This document shows, one piece after another, positions 12,703 to 24,810 of a DNA stretch of 64,000 nucleotides. Origin of the DNA: Octopus vulgaris (taxonomy: Eukaryota); assembly GCA_951406725.2 (NCBI GenBank), contig OX597832.1, positions 37,014,001 through 37,078,000 of the forward strand, written 5' to 3'. The notes under the pieces were generated by a model. It was not told the origin of the DNA, did not search any database, and was given only the letters and a program-made list of their open reading frames with translations. A program made the position numbers and the translations under genes. How positions within the stretch are numbered: the stretch's first letter is position 1; every line of letters starts with the position of its first letter.

Positions 12703-13578
12703 TAGGGAAGAATTGGTAACTGGGGTAAAATGAGTAATTTCTGTTTTCTTTTCTTCCTATTTGAAACCATTACTTTGCAAATATTGCGCCTTCATTTCGT
12801 ACTGTTGCATCATCTTAAAAGTAAAAATGGGTCACAATAGTTGTTGTTGTTGATGAAGTTGGGAAAGTCCAAAACGTATTCAGGTGTCAAGTTTTTTTGG
12901 GGTTTTTTTTCTTCGACTTTGACCTGCTTGTAATTAAGGCTGCTAATAAAATATCTGGATAATTTTTCGTGTTTAACAATCAATATTCTTTTCTCATATT
13001 CAATTTTCCCCCACACTAATGTCCAATTTAGTAATTTTCAATACCTTAAACAATTTCCAAAACTGGGGCAAAATGAGTAACGATTAATTTTAATGATTCT
13101 TTCTCTTTAACTGCATGGTGTGTGGCAGATTGTGAAGAAGCTGTAAAGACTATTTTATGGTGGGTTTGTATATTTAGTTGAGTTCCGTTTATTTCGTATT
13201 ATGTGCCATTTTGCCATGATCTTTTTCCGTATTTGTTGCATTTCTGATCCTTCTGATGTCTAAGGATGGATATTGATGGGCATGAGTTTTCTCTCAAATG
13301 TAATCCTGGAGAATCAGAGAGGCAAATATGCCTTATCTTGTCTTATTCATTTTTCCCCAGCTAAATTTGTCTTTTATATGCTCAAAGAGAATAGCAATCA
13401 TTTTGTGAAATAGTGGTCAGATTATGTTATAGTGTTTTTAATGCATTAAAGAGAAGGCCATTTGCTTAGTTTTTATGTGACATAGTTTTTATAAGATAAT
13501 GAACATTTGTAAAACAATGTTTTTTTTTCCAAAGTCAAAAATGCAGTAAATCTTACTCATTCTGTCCCACCCGACTAT
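12703..13578. mobile_element. Probable non-autonomous pogo/Tc-type DNA transposon
   Basis: Inverted motifs CTGGGGTAAAATGAGTAA (about 12720, repeated about 13063) and TTACTCATTCTGTCCCACCCGAC followed by TA (13553-13578). Confidence 0.45.
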
Positions 13579-13799
13579 ATTAAGCAATATAAAATGTACA
13601 TTATTCCAAAAAATAGAAAGAGGATAATAAGGCATCTCAATTCAATACTTTGTAAGTTTGTTTATAAATCTATTAATTATACCGATAAAGGGTGGTAAAC
13701 CGGAAGAATGGTTGGCATGTCAGACAAAATACTTAGCGCATTTTTTCTGGCTCTATGTTCAAATGTCACCATGGTTGACTTTGCTTTTCATGCTTTCAT

Positions 13800-14220
13800 C
13801 TTCATCATTATCATCATTTAACGTCCGTTTTCCATGCTAGCATGGGTTGGACGGTTCTGGGAAGCCAGGAGGCTGCACCAGGCTCCAGTCTGATCTGGCA
13901 TGGTTTCTACAGCTGGATGCCCTTCCTAACGCCAACCACTCTGTGAGTGTAGTGGGTGCATTTTACGTGCCACCGGCACAGAAGCCAGTCAAGGTGGCAC
14001 TGGCATCAGCCACGTACGGATGGTGCATTTTATGTGCCACTGGCACACAACTACAATTTCCATTTGATCTTTTAATGTTGATGTACTTGACTCAACAGGT
14101 CTCCTCAAACAAAGCAGTTTGCCCTATGATCCAAGGTAAGTACAGCAGGCCGTCCTGTGATCCAAGGCACTTTGGAAGGGCTGGGGCTGTGAAGCTGGTG
14201 CATGGCTCACACGTCCTGAT
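13800..14220 (-). mobile_element. RTE-LINE 3' UTR fragment
   Basis: CATCATTTAACGTCCGTTTTCCATGCTAGCATGGGTTGGACG terminus. Confidence 0.8.
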
Positions 14221-14796
14221 CTAGTGCTGCCTTAAGGCTACCTCTGCTGCCTCCATTGCCAACCTGACGACCAAATATGAAACTAAAATCTTTCAAACTA
14301 CCTCAGCCCATTAGCTGTTCTGATATTACACAACAAAATAACCCAAGCACAAAATAGATATTGCAGAGAGAAATACCTACCAAGTACAAGAAACAGTACC
14401 ATTGGACACTAAACATGTTACGTAGACTGCTTTGAAAAATAAAAGAGAATAAAACCGTATCAAAGTAATGCACAGAGCTGCAGCGCATAGACGTGCACTG
14501 AGGTGTGCAGTCAAAGCATGCAATAAACATAAGACTGGTGGAAAACAACAATAGATGTTCTCTCTAATTGTAGTAGCAAGGCCAAACTTTAAAGGGTCCG
14601 GGTATAAATCAATATATTGAGTCTAGCATTCATGTGGTACTGATTTTATTGACTGTTTTTGAGAGAAGTTTGAAAAACAATGCTGACCTTGGAGCCATTT
14701 GAATTGTGAAAATAATAACATTGGAAAAGAAATTGATAATAATTTCTTTTATTGATATGAAATATAAAATGTACATATAATAATAATAATGATATT

Positions 14797-16197
14797 CATC
14801 ATCATCATCACCGTGTAACGTCCGCCTTCCATGCTGGCATGGGTTGGACGATTTGACTGAGATCTGGCGAACCAGATGGCTGCACCAGGCTCCAATCTTG
14901 ATGTGGCAGAGTTTCTACAGCTGGATGCCCTTCCTAACACTAACCACTCCAAGAGTGTAGTGGGTGCTTTTCATGTGCCACCGGCACGTGGGTCAGTCAG
15001 GCAGTACTGGCAACAGCCACACTCAAATGGTGCTTTTTATGTGCCACCTGCACAGGAGCCAGTCCAGCGGCACTGGCAACGACCTCGCTTGGATGTTTTT
15101 TCACGTGCTACTGGCACAAGTGCCAGTTAGGCGATGCTGGTAACGATCATGCTCGAATGGTGCTTTCTATGTGCCACTGGCATGGAGGCCAGTTTGTTGC
15201 TCTGGCAACGATCACGCTCGTATGGTACTCTTAGCGCTCCACTAGCACAGATGCCAGTAATCGAATTTGATTTCGATTTCAATTTCACTTGCCTCAACAG
15301 GTCTTTGTAAGCAGAGTTTACTGTCCAATGAAGGAAAGGTACGCATAAGTGGGCTGGTTACACCCCTGGCATAGGCCACGAGGTTATGGTCTCACTTGCG
15401 CTTGCCAAGTCTTCTCAAACACAGTATATTTCCAAAGGTCCTGGTCACTAGTCATTGCTTCAGTGAGGCCCAATGTTCGAAGGTCATGCTTCACCACCTC
15501 ATCCCAGGTCTACCTCTTCCACAGGTTCCCTCAACCGCTAGGGTGTGGCACTTTTTTATACAGTTATCTACATCCATTCCCACCATATGGCCATACAAGC
15601 GTAGTTGTCTCTCTTGCACACCACATATGATGCTTCTTAGGTCCAACTTTTCTCTCAAGGTACTAACACTGTCAAGTATGCACACATCCATCGGAGCATA
15701 CTGGCTTCCTTCCTTGTGAGCTTACGCATGTCCTCAGCAGTCACGGCCCATGTTTCACTGTCATGTAATATGGCTATTCGTACACATGCATCATACAGTC
15801 TACCTTTTACTCTGAGTGAGAGGCCTTTTGTCACCGGCAGAGGTAAGAGCTCTCTGAACTCTGCCCAGGCTATTCTTATTCTAGTGGCTACGCTTTCAGC
15901 ACACCCGCCCCTGCTACTGACTTGGTCACCTAGGTAACTGAAGCTATCAACTACTTCTAGTTTTTCTCCCTGGAATGTGGCGGAAGTTGTTCTCTGCACA
16001 TTTTCAGTGTTTATTGCTCCCGAGCATCTGCCACATACAAAAGCTATCTTCCACATTAGCCTTCCTTTGATATTGCTGCACCTCTTATGTGTCCATAGCT
16101 TACACTGGGTACATCTTATAGAGTTTCTACCTATGCCTTTTCTACAGTTTGAGCAGGACCATCTACCTGAAGGGATTTGTGGTTTGCTTGCCTTCCT
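14797..16197 (-). mobile_element. 5'-truncated RTE-clade LINE: ORF2 C-terminus with embedded C4HC3 finger, plus 3' UTR
   Basis: ORF 15655-16221 contains LEVVDSFSYLG, RIRIAWAEFREL and LHDSETW (RTE thumb); RLRLYGHM...GRGRP continues in another frame; (ATG)n tail at 14797. Confidence 0.92.
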
Positions 16198-16220
16198 ACT
16201 TATTATTATTATTATTATCA

Positions 16221-16420
16221 AGGTAGTGAGCTGACAGAATCGTTAGCACACTAAGCAAAATGCTTAGCAGCATTTCATCAGTCTTCAAATTCCATTGGAG
16301 TCAACTTTGCCTTTCATCCTGTCAGGGTCAATGAAATAAGCACCAGCAAGTACCAAAATTGAGGTAATTGGCTTACCTTCTGTAATTTGGGGGCAAAATT
16401 ACTGTGCCAAAAATTGAAAC
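16221..16420 (+). mobile_element. SINE family A, decayed
   Basis: GGTAGTGAGCTGACAGAATCGTTAGCAC head with CpG decay. Confidence 0.8.
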
Positions 16421-16435
16421 CATTATTATTATTGT

Positions 16436-16990
16436 TTGAGAGAGCAATGCATGCCATTGCTTTCTCACTGGGGTACAAACATACAAAGCCCAATAAACTC
16501 ATCATGACTACCCATCTGATAAGGGTACACCAGACACATGCATCAAACCCATATGTGTGCAAGACATGATGATCTCATATGAAGACAAACAGTGTATGAC
16601 CTAGCAGGTGGGGCCCAGTTAGAATTACCATCAGGTCGAGTAGCCCATCCCACTCAAAAGGTCCCTGAATAAGGTTTGTTTAAGGATGACGAACAAAACA
16701 CCCGTTTCCAGATGTAAATTATTCAAACCCCACAGAATTCCTTTCAACGCATGGCTATGATGCTCTCCCACTACTTCTGCTCGTGATCAGAGATGCACAT
16801 ATTGTCTGCCACTAAGGGACATGCTCAACTGGTTAAAGTCAAACAACTGACAAGCAAATCTTTGGTATTGAGCAGAATATTTGCTGTAGCCCATCTTTTA
16901 TACCAAGACAAAACAATGTACATGATGACACTTCCAATCAGTTAAGATGAGAAGCCATGAGAACCACTGCCTGGTACGGCATCAGGGCAT
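16436..16990. repeat. Unclassified probable interspersed repeat flanked by (TTA)n
   Basis: Complex block of about 550 bp bounded on both sides by TTATTATT tracts; no ORF; single copy in this window. Confidence 0.3.
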
Positions 16991-17009
16991 TATTATTATT
17001 AATAATCAT

Positions 17010-17223
17010 AATCCTTTCTACTATAAGCAGAAGACCAGAAATTTTATGGTGGGAATAGGAAAGTTGATTACATTGACCCCAGTGCTTGACTGGTGCTTAT
17101 TTCATCAACCCTGAAAGGATGAAAGGCAAAGTCAACCTCGGCAGAATTTGAACTCGGAACATAATGACGGATGCTGCTAAGTATTTTGTACAGCTTGCTA
17201 ACAATTCATCCAGTTCACTGCCT
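17010..17223 (-). mobile_element. SINE family A, decayed
   Basis: GAAAGGATGAAAGGCAAAGTCAACCTCGGCAGAATTTGAACTC. Confidence 0.8.
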
Positions 17224-17324
17224 TAATAATAACAATGATGGACTCTCTTGTCGAAGATGGCTTATGAGCGTTCATCTTTTGCCTAACGACCCGCACAAAT
17301 GACTTATTTATGGCCCTCATGCCG

Positions 17325-17510
17325 TTGGCACGTTAAAGCACCCACTACACTCTCAGAGTGGTTGGCATTAGGAAGGGCATCGAGCTGTAAAAACTCTGCC
17401 AGATCAAGATTGGAGCCTGGTGCAGCCATCTGGTTCGCCAGTGCTCAGTCAAACTGTCCAACCCATGCCGACATGGAAAGCGGACGTTAAACAATGATGA
17501 TGATGATGAT
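17325..17510 (+). mobile_element. RTE-LINE 3' terminus
   Basis: GGCACGTTAAAGCACCCACTACACTCTC...GGAAAGCGGACGTTAAACAATGATGATG. Confidence 0.85.
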
Positions 17511-18084
17511 CAAATGTATGTGCCGTACATTAGCTCACTCTCTCTATCAATCCACACACACACACACACACAAGCAAGCACATTGTCTCTCTTTAACTCC
17601 TCTCAACAATAATCTGTCTTTCTCTTTGTCTATTTGCCAATCTATCTGTCTGCCTGTTTCTCTCTCTCTCATCTATCTATCTACCTGCCTACCTACCTAC
17701 CTATTTATCTCTCTCTCTCCCTCTCCCTCGCATCTATCTATCCTCCTACCTACCTGCCTACCTACCTACCTATCTCCCTCTCTCTCTTGCATCTATCTGT
17801 TTATCCATCTACTTATCTCCCATTGACAAACTACTGTCTCTCTCTCTCTGCTTCTATTGATCATTGATTTAGCAGCGATCAGTTCAATAATCGTACGAAA
17901 CCATTCAAGACATGTTAACCATGACATCAGATGAGCAAAAGCTCTTTGATCAGGCCCATTGTATATGACTTATCGGTTTGTGGCACATCAATATATTTAT
18001 ATACCACTGAAACCTCCTTGTCATGATTATACTGATGGGGGAGGCACGGTTGAATCTCCAGGTGTGTATGTCTGTGTCAGTGTG

Positions 18085-18247
18085 TCTATACATACATACA
18101 TATATATATATACATACATATACATACATATATACATATATATATATACATACATATACATATATATATATATATATACATACACATACATATATATATA
18201 CATACATATATATATATATACATACATACATATACATACATACATAC

Positions 18248-18280
<33 letters not shown>

Positions 18281-18299
18281 AATACATATATATAAATAC

Positions 18300-18336
<37 letters not shown>

Positions 18337-18630
18337 AACATATATATACATACATATATATAAACATATATATACATACATATATATAAACATATATATA
18401 TATACATATATATATAAACATATATATACATACATATATATAAACATATATATACATACATATATATAAACATATATATACATACATATATATAAACATA
18501 TATATACATACATATATATAAACATATATATACATACATATATATAAACATATATATACATACATATATATAAACATATATATACATACATATATATAAA
18601 CATATATATACATACATATACATACATACA

Positions 18631-18668
<38 letters not shown>

Positions 18669-18777
18669 AACATATATATACATACATATACATACATATA
18701 TATATATATACATACATATATACATACATATATATACATATATATATATACATACATATACATACATACATACATAC

Positions 18778-18820
<43 letters not shown>

Positions 18821-18832
18821 TACACATACATA
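18085..18832. repeat. Compound (TA)/(TACA) microsatellite with about 26-bp higher-order unit
   Basis: CATATATATAAACATATATATACATA repeated through about 18330-18610. Confidence 0.95.
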
Positions 18833-19074
18833 TTAACATCTTCCCTCCTCCAATTTTAACAAATTTGTTGAGTTCTATAGGATTCCTTTCCATAAATTCT
18901 CATAACACACCATATATACAAGTATTATTTTCATATTCGCAAAACGTACGTCAGTAAGCTACCAGCAAAATATGAAGAATCTTTATTAGAAATCAGTTTT
19001 TTGGAACCATCCAAATTAAAGGATGAAAAATAATTCAACCTTTTCACACACACACACACAGGTAGATATATATA

Positions 19075-19295
19075 GGCGCAGGCACCTGGTGGCAGATGTC
19101 TTCTACTATATAGCCTTGGGCCGACCAAAGGCTTGTAAATAAGTTTGGTAGATAGAAATTGAAAGAAGCCCATCATGGGTGTGGGTGGGTGGGGGTTTGT
19201 TCCCCACCACCGCTTCACAACTGGCGTCAGTATGTTTACGTTCCTGTAATTTAGCAGTTTTGCAAAAGAGACCAATAAAATAAGTACCAGGCTTT
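19075..19295 (+). mobile_element. SINE family B, internally deleted
   Basis: GGCGCAGG start, CTACTATATAGCCTTGGGCCGACCAAAG, GAAAGAAGCCC, AAAAGAGACC...TAAGTACCAGGC. Confidence 0.8.
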
Positions 19296-19325
19296 AAAAA
19301 GATAAGCCTGTCTGTGTGTAGGTAG

Positions 19326-19358
<33 letters not shown>

Positions 19359-19359
19359 T

Positions 19360-20361
19360 GTTTATTTGCCACGCAGGGCTGAACACAGAAGGGACAAAAT
19401 ACAAAGTAGAGCTTTTCTTTTTTGGGAAGAAGAGAGAGAAGGAAAAAGAAGAAAGAAAAAGTGGGTCAAATTCCAATCAAAAGGGATCATGAAAAAATGT
19501 GTGTGGTGGGGGCGATCAATAGGGTTCATGTATCACAGAAATGTCAATGTAAAATGGGAAAACTGATTAGGTTTATCCGTGGAAAGAAAAGCCTACAGAA
19601 AAGACCACAAGAACCTTGGGCAATAGTGTCACGCAAAAATAAAAAAAGACACATTACAGTAAGTGGGTCTCTTTTTCCTTTTCCTTTCTGGTTCATAGGA
19701 TTATGCTTGAGCTGGCTCCGTCATTCACACGTGCCATCCTTGCTACATTCACCCATCTTTGTTTGAAACATTCACTGGACAAAACTTCCCTCTCTACTCT
19801 CACTTTCCTCTTCAACTGGTACTTGAAGAAGTTGATGAGATATTGACCAGAGAAGAAAGTGTTTTGTCTCTAGACCTTTCAGACGCATCCACCATACACA
19901 TTCTTTCACCATAGCCACAAGTACGATGAAAATGGCTCTTACTTCCCGTTTCAAGGAAGGAGGCACGACAATATTCACAATAGACTCGGTTGATAAACCA
20001 ACTTGTCTCACATGCGATAGCAGTCATTCGATATAGGCCCACAGATCGGAAATGATTGGACACTGTATGAGTGCATACAGGATGATTTCATCACTCTGAC
20101 CGAATCTTGGACAGGTCAGCCCCGTGTTTCTTGAGCTATGCCTGCAGAGCTTATCCCGGGTGGGTAGGACTTCTCAATAGCACTGCCAGGCCAGGGATCT
20201 CTGGAAGTTGTCCATAGGTCCCAGCCCGAAAGTCATCTTGAACAGGTGGGTCAGGTATTCTTCATCGACACCCAGGTTCTTCCCGAGCTCGTTGTCGTAC
20301 CTCCCCTCCACTAATCCTATACAGAATACTTTGGTTGTATTGAAGTCGCTCAAGGTCGACC
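19360..20361 (-). mobile_element. 5'-truncated Tx1/L1-group LINE (zf-RVT region, C-terminus, 3' UTR)
   Basis: Minus translation WQCY*EVLPTRDKL...TCPRFGQSDEIILYALIQCP...LW...KECVWWMRLK; AATAAAC followed by a (TATC)n tail. Confidence 0.8.
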
Positions 20362-20854
20362 AGAAAGAAAGAAAGAAAGAAAGATAGACAGGCAGACAAA
20401 CAGACAGAAAGACAGATAGATAGATCTGTGTTTGACCCCACCACTGCTTAACAACCGTTGTTGGTGTGTTTACATTCCTGTAACTTAGCAGTTTGGAAAA
20501 AGAAAACTGATAGAATAAATTCCAGGCTTTTACAAAAAAACAATAAGTGCTGGGGTCAATTTGTTCAACTAAAATTCTTCAAGGTGGTGCCCCAGCATGG
20601 TCGCAGTCATTAAAAATATGTTTCATGTATGGATGTGTCTTTATGTTTGTATTTGTCCCCTCACCCACCCACCCACCAATTAGCATTTAGTGTTGGTTTG
20701 TTTACATCCCTGTAACTTAATGGTACAGTGAAAGAGATGGATAGAATAAGTACAAGTCTTACAAGAAAAAAAAAAGTCCTGGGGTCTGTTTGTTTGACTA
20801 AACCCTTCTAAGTGGGGCCCCAACAAAGCTGCAGACAAGGACTGTAACAAATAA

Positions 20855-21650
20855 AACAATGAATGCCATACACACATCACTTTTTCCCTCCCGTGTTTTT
20901 TCAGCAACTTGTTGGAGAGAAAAGACCATGTCAGTAGTTCCACACCCTGAGCAAAAGTCACTCTGGGACTCAGGGTATATCTCATCAATAACACGCATGA
21001 TCGGTCTGTTCAAGAAGATCCTTGCCAAGATCTTCCCAGCAATACAGAAAAGGGATATACCATGGGAATCGTCACACACGGTTCTCTTTCCTTTCCTCAT
21101 GTAGAGATGCTGAATGGTGGCATCCTTGAAGTCCTAGGGGACTTGTCCGTGCTTCCAGATGACAAGAAATAAACCATGGAGTTTAGAGACAAGCTTTTGG
21201 CCACCATGCTTATATATATTTCCAAAGGAATTCCATCTTTGCCTGGCATCATATTTGAGGATGTTTTCTTAATGACTGATTTCACTTCTGATATGATAGG
21301 TACAAGAGAGAGTTCTAGTATTTTGGGATGTGGTGGAATTGAATTGATGGTATTGTGATCAAAGTCAGCATTGGAGTTCAAAACAGACATGAAATGTTCT
21401 TTCCACTGAGGGGGGATATCATTTTTATCAGTGAACAGTGTCTGGCCATCAGATGACAGAACCAGTGAGGACCCACATTCCACAGGACCAAAACCTTGTT
21501 TTAAACCCGCATAGAATGTCTTGGAATCCTTGGGTCTGCTGCTTTTTCTGACCACCATACATCTTCCATCTCCCTGAGATCCCTTTGCACTTCCCTTTTT
21601 GCATTTCTTATTGGCACACAATTTTGAGGATGAATTTTTGTCATCTGGCT
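20855..21650 (-). mobile_element. Decayed RTE(BovB-like) LINE RT N-terminal fragment
   Basis: QWKEHF, MPGKDGIP, GISLFCIAGKILARI, PESQSDF...TTDMVFSLQQVAEKTRE...MAFI; frameshifted. Confidence 0.9.
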
Positions 21651-22024
21651 AAAGTGTCTTGCTCAAGAACACAACACACGGCCCGATCTAGGAATCGAAC
21701 TTACAACCTCATGATTGTAATTCCGACATTCTAACCACTGAGCCATTTACCTTATATATATATAAAAAACCAAAATATATAAAAACAATATATGCATATG
21801 CGCACACACACATATGTTGGTCACTCTTGAGCGCTATTGGTAATGTGTAACCCCAAACAAGTTGTTGCCTGGTCAAGTCACAGGTGATTAAACTGGCAAT
21901 CCCACCAAGCTTGCTTGATGAGGAGGGTGACTGTTGGACAACCTGTGGGACACAAAAAATAAAACCCATCAAAGGGTACAGGAATTCATGAGTGTGTGTG
22001 TGTGTGTGTGTATGTGTGTGTGTG

Positions 22025-22067
<43 letters not shown>

Positions 22068-22096
22068 ATGTATGTATATATATGTGTGTGTGTAGA

Positions 22097-22377
22097 GGCA
22101 CAATGGCCCAGTGGATAGGGCAGCGGACTCACGGTTGTAGGATCGCAGTGTCGATTCCCAGACCGGGTGTTGTGTTTATTGAGCAAAAGCACCCAAAGCT
22201 CCACGAGGCTCCAGCAGGGGGTGGTGGCAATCCCTGCTGTACTCTTTCGCTACAACTTTCTCCTGTTGGCCTGCTCGCTTAGCCTGCGGGGTGGCATCAT
22301 TTAAAGGCTAAAACAATGCGAAGCGCATTGTGACCAGCGATGTGTAGCAACATCTGATAGCCAGGTTGGTCACGGTG
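22097..22377 (+). mobile_element. tRNA-derived SINE family D
   Basis: GGCACAATGGCCCAGTGGATAGGGCAGCGGACTC head, GTCGATTCCC B-box; shares CTCTTTCGCTACAACTTTCTC with the 24500 copy. Confidence 0.8.
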
Positions 22378-22484
22378 GGATATATATATATATATATATA
22401 TATCATCGTCACCATTGTTTAATGTCCCCTTTCAATGCTGGAATGGGTTGGACGGTTTGACTGAGAACTGGCAAGCCAGGAGTT

Positions 22485-22810
22485 AGGCACAGGCATGGTT
22501 GTGTGGTAAGAAGCTTGCTTCCCAACCACATGATTCTGGGTTCAGTCCCACTGCATGGCACCTTGGGCAAATGTCTTCCACTATAGCCTTGGACTGACCA
22601 AAGCCTTGTCAGTAGATTTGGTGTATATGTATGTATATCCATGTGCATGTGTCTTCATGTTGGTGTGTTTATGTCCCCATAACTTAGCAGTTTGACAAAA
22701 AGACACTAATAAAGTAAGTACCAGTTTTAACAAAACTCAAGTACGGGGATTGATTCATTCAAGTGAAAACTCTGCAAGGTGGTGCCCCAGCATGGCTACA
22801 GTCTAATGAC
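22485..22810 (+). mobile_element. SINE family B
   Basis: GGCACAGGCATGGTTGTGTGGTAAGAAGCTTGC...GGTGCCCCAGCATGGCTACAGTC. Confidence 0.85.
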
Positions 22811-23108
22811 TACAGGATTAACCAAAAGTTTAATTTAATGTTTTACTTTTGCTTGACTACAACTCGCATTCTTAGAGTTTTTAAGGAGGGTTTAGCATCA
22901 TTTGGCATCTATTTTCAGCACAGAGGGAGACGTTTTGCCACTTCCTTGTTTTAATTAATACACACACAAACATATACACATATGCATGCACCTGTTCACA
23001 CACATCTATGTATACATAGACATCTCTGTACACATACATACACACATACATACCTACACACATACCTACATACATACACACATACATACCTACATACACA
23101 CACACACA

Positions 23109-23874
23109 CTCTGCAATAACTTCTTGTAGTTATACCAACCACTCAGTGGTAAATTTGTTTGACCATTTGTCCAGTAAGACCAATCCTAATCCTTGTTGTT
23201 TACTCAGACACCTCGGTAAAGAAATCAATATGGAAACAAACGGATAAAGGGATGAAGGTGGACACAAATATGGAATAAGGTCAGAGTGATGTAATCAATA
23301 TCATATAATCAATAGGTTATTGATTAAGAGATAAAAAAAATTTATAACAAAGACAAAAAAAAATATTTCTCTTTTATGTCAACTACAATATATACACATG
23401 TATACACACATAGGCACAGAAATATTTATTCTTTGTCTCGGATATGTAGGCCGTTGCGGACACATATATATACGTGTATAATACATACATACACTCACAT
23501 AGCAACATACACACACACTCTCACATAGCAACATATACACACACAGTCACATAGCGACATATGCACACACACACACACACATAGCAACACACACACAAAA
23601 TATATGTTCACATATGCATAAACTGCGGTATAGACACGCATTCATACATATATGGTCATACACACACACACACACACTTTCACTCAAACAAGCACACATA
23701 CACACACTTATACACACACGCTAATACACTAACACACACTAAGAGATACACATTCAAACAAATACACATACACACATGCTAAAACACTAAAACATACTAC
23801 AGACAGACTCCGATAAATGGTCAAACAAAATAACCACCGAGTGGTTGATATAACTACAACAAGTTACTTCAGAG
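23109..23874. mobile_element. MITE with about 65-bp terminal inverted repeats inside a CA/TG microsatellite
   Basis: CTCTGCAATAACTTCTTGTAGTTATACCAACCACTCAGTGG...GTTTGACCATTT versus AAATGGTCAAAC...CCACCGAGTGGTTGATATAACTACAACAAGTTACTTCAGAG. Confidence 0.85.
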
Positions 23875-24167
23875 TATGTGTGTGTGTGTATGTGTGTGTG
23901 TGTGTGTGTGTGTATGTATTATGGTAAAGGTTTTAGCTGCCGATTCTGTACAAGACATTGCAGATCTTTAGCTGGGCTAAAAAGTCACATTCGATCACAG
24001 CACCGATAACAGTTAAGCTTCGTGCAATGGCCATACTCGATAACGAGGGGGCGGCCATCATGTATGTATGTATGTATACACACTAATACACCCCCCTCCA
24101 TTCCCCATATATATCAATAATATTTAATATTGCACCTTTACTCTTTTGAATAAATTGTGCTTTTTAC

Positions 24168-24423
24168 CTTTTTGTTTGATGAGGGGGGTTACTGGTGGCC
24201 AAGTGGATACGGTAGCAACTGATCTCTATATTTTTATGGCTTAAAGGAGGAAGGGGAAGTACTTTTGACCGTTGTTCAGAACTTCCATCATTGTTGTCCT
24301 GTTGGAGGCAAGTTATGAAACAAGACATCCCACCCAAACACTTTTGACTCAGTTTGGATAGTGAAGTGGATGGTTTCATTGTCGAAGTTGTTGTTGTTGC
24401 TGTATTAGTTAAGAGAACGCTGG
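24168..24423 (-). CDS. Candidate internal exon of an unknown host gene
   Basis: Minus-strand acceptor TTTGTTTTCGTTGTATGCAG| and donor AAAG|GTAAAA bracket an open, non-repetitive 256-nt frame (SVLLTNTATTTT...PPHQTK); no domain recognised. Confidence 0.35.
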
Positions 24424-24499
24424 CTGCATACAACGAAAACAAACCCACAAACGTTTAGCTGCAGATTTCAATAAGGGAAGGCTAAGCTTGTATACGTGG

Positions 24500-24810
24500 A
24501 GGCACATGGCCTAGTGGTTAGAGCAGTGGACTCGCGGTCAAAAGATCGTGGGTTCAAATCTCAGACTGGGCGATGTGTGCGTTTATGAACAAAACAACTA
24601 CGCTCCATGTGGCTCTGGCAGGAGGTAATGGCAAACCTCTGCTGACTCTTTCGCCACAACTTTCTCTCACTCTTTCCTCCTGCATCTTGCAGCTCACCTG
24701 CAATGGACCGGCGTCCCATCCAGGTAGGGAACCTATACGCCAAGGAAACTGGGAAACCGGCCCTTATGAGCCAGGCGTGGCTGGAGAAGGAACAAACAAC
24801 AAAACAACAA
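24500..24810 (+). mobile_element. tRNA-derived SINE family D variant
   Basis: GGCACATGGCCTAGTGGTTAGAGCAGTGGACTCGCGG head, GGTTCAAATCTC B-box, AACAAACAAC tail. Confidence 0.85.

Noticed and set aside
17950-18893. Long ORFs of 241-293 aa (also at 47.1-48.2, 60.4-61.3 and 62.7-63.4 kb)
   Set aside because: They are translations of stop-free microsatellites (YVCM/HTYI/LSIY repeats), open in several frames on both strands.
24500-24570. tRNA-like sequences (also at 4037, 11797, 22097, 54310)
   Set aside because: They have A/B boxes but continue into shared repeat bodies and lack a proper acceptor stem, so they are SINE heads rather than tRNA genes.
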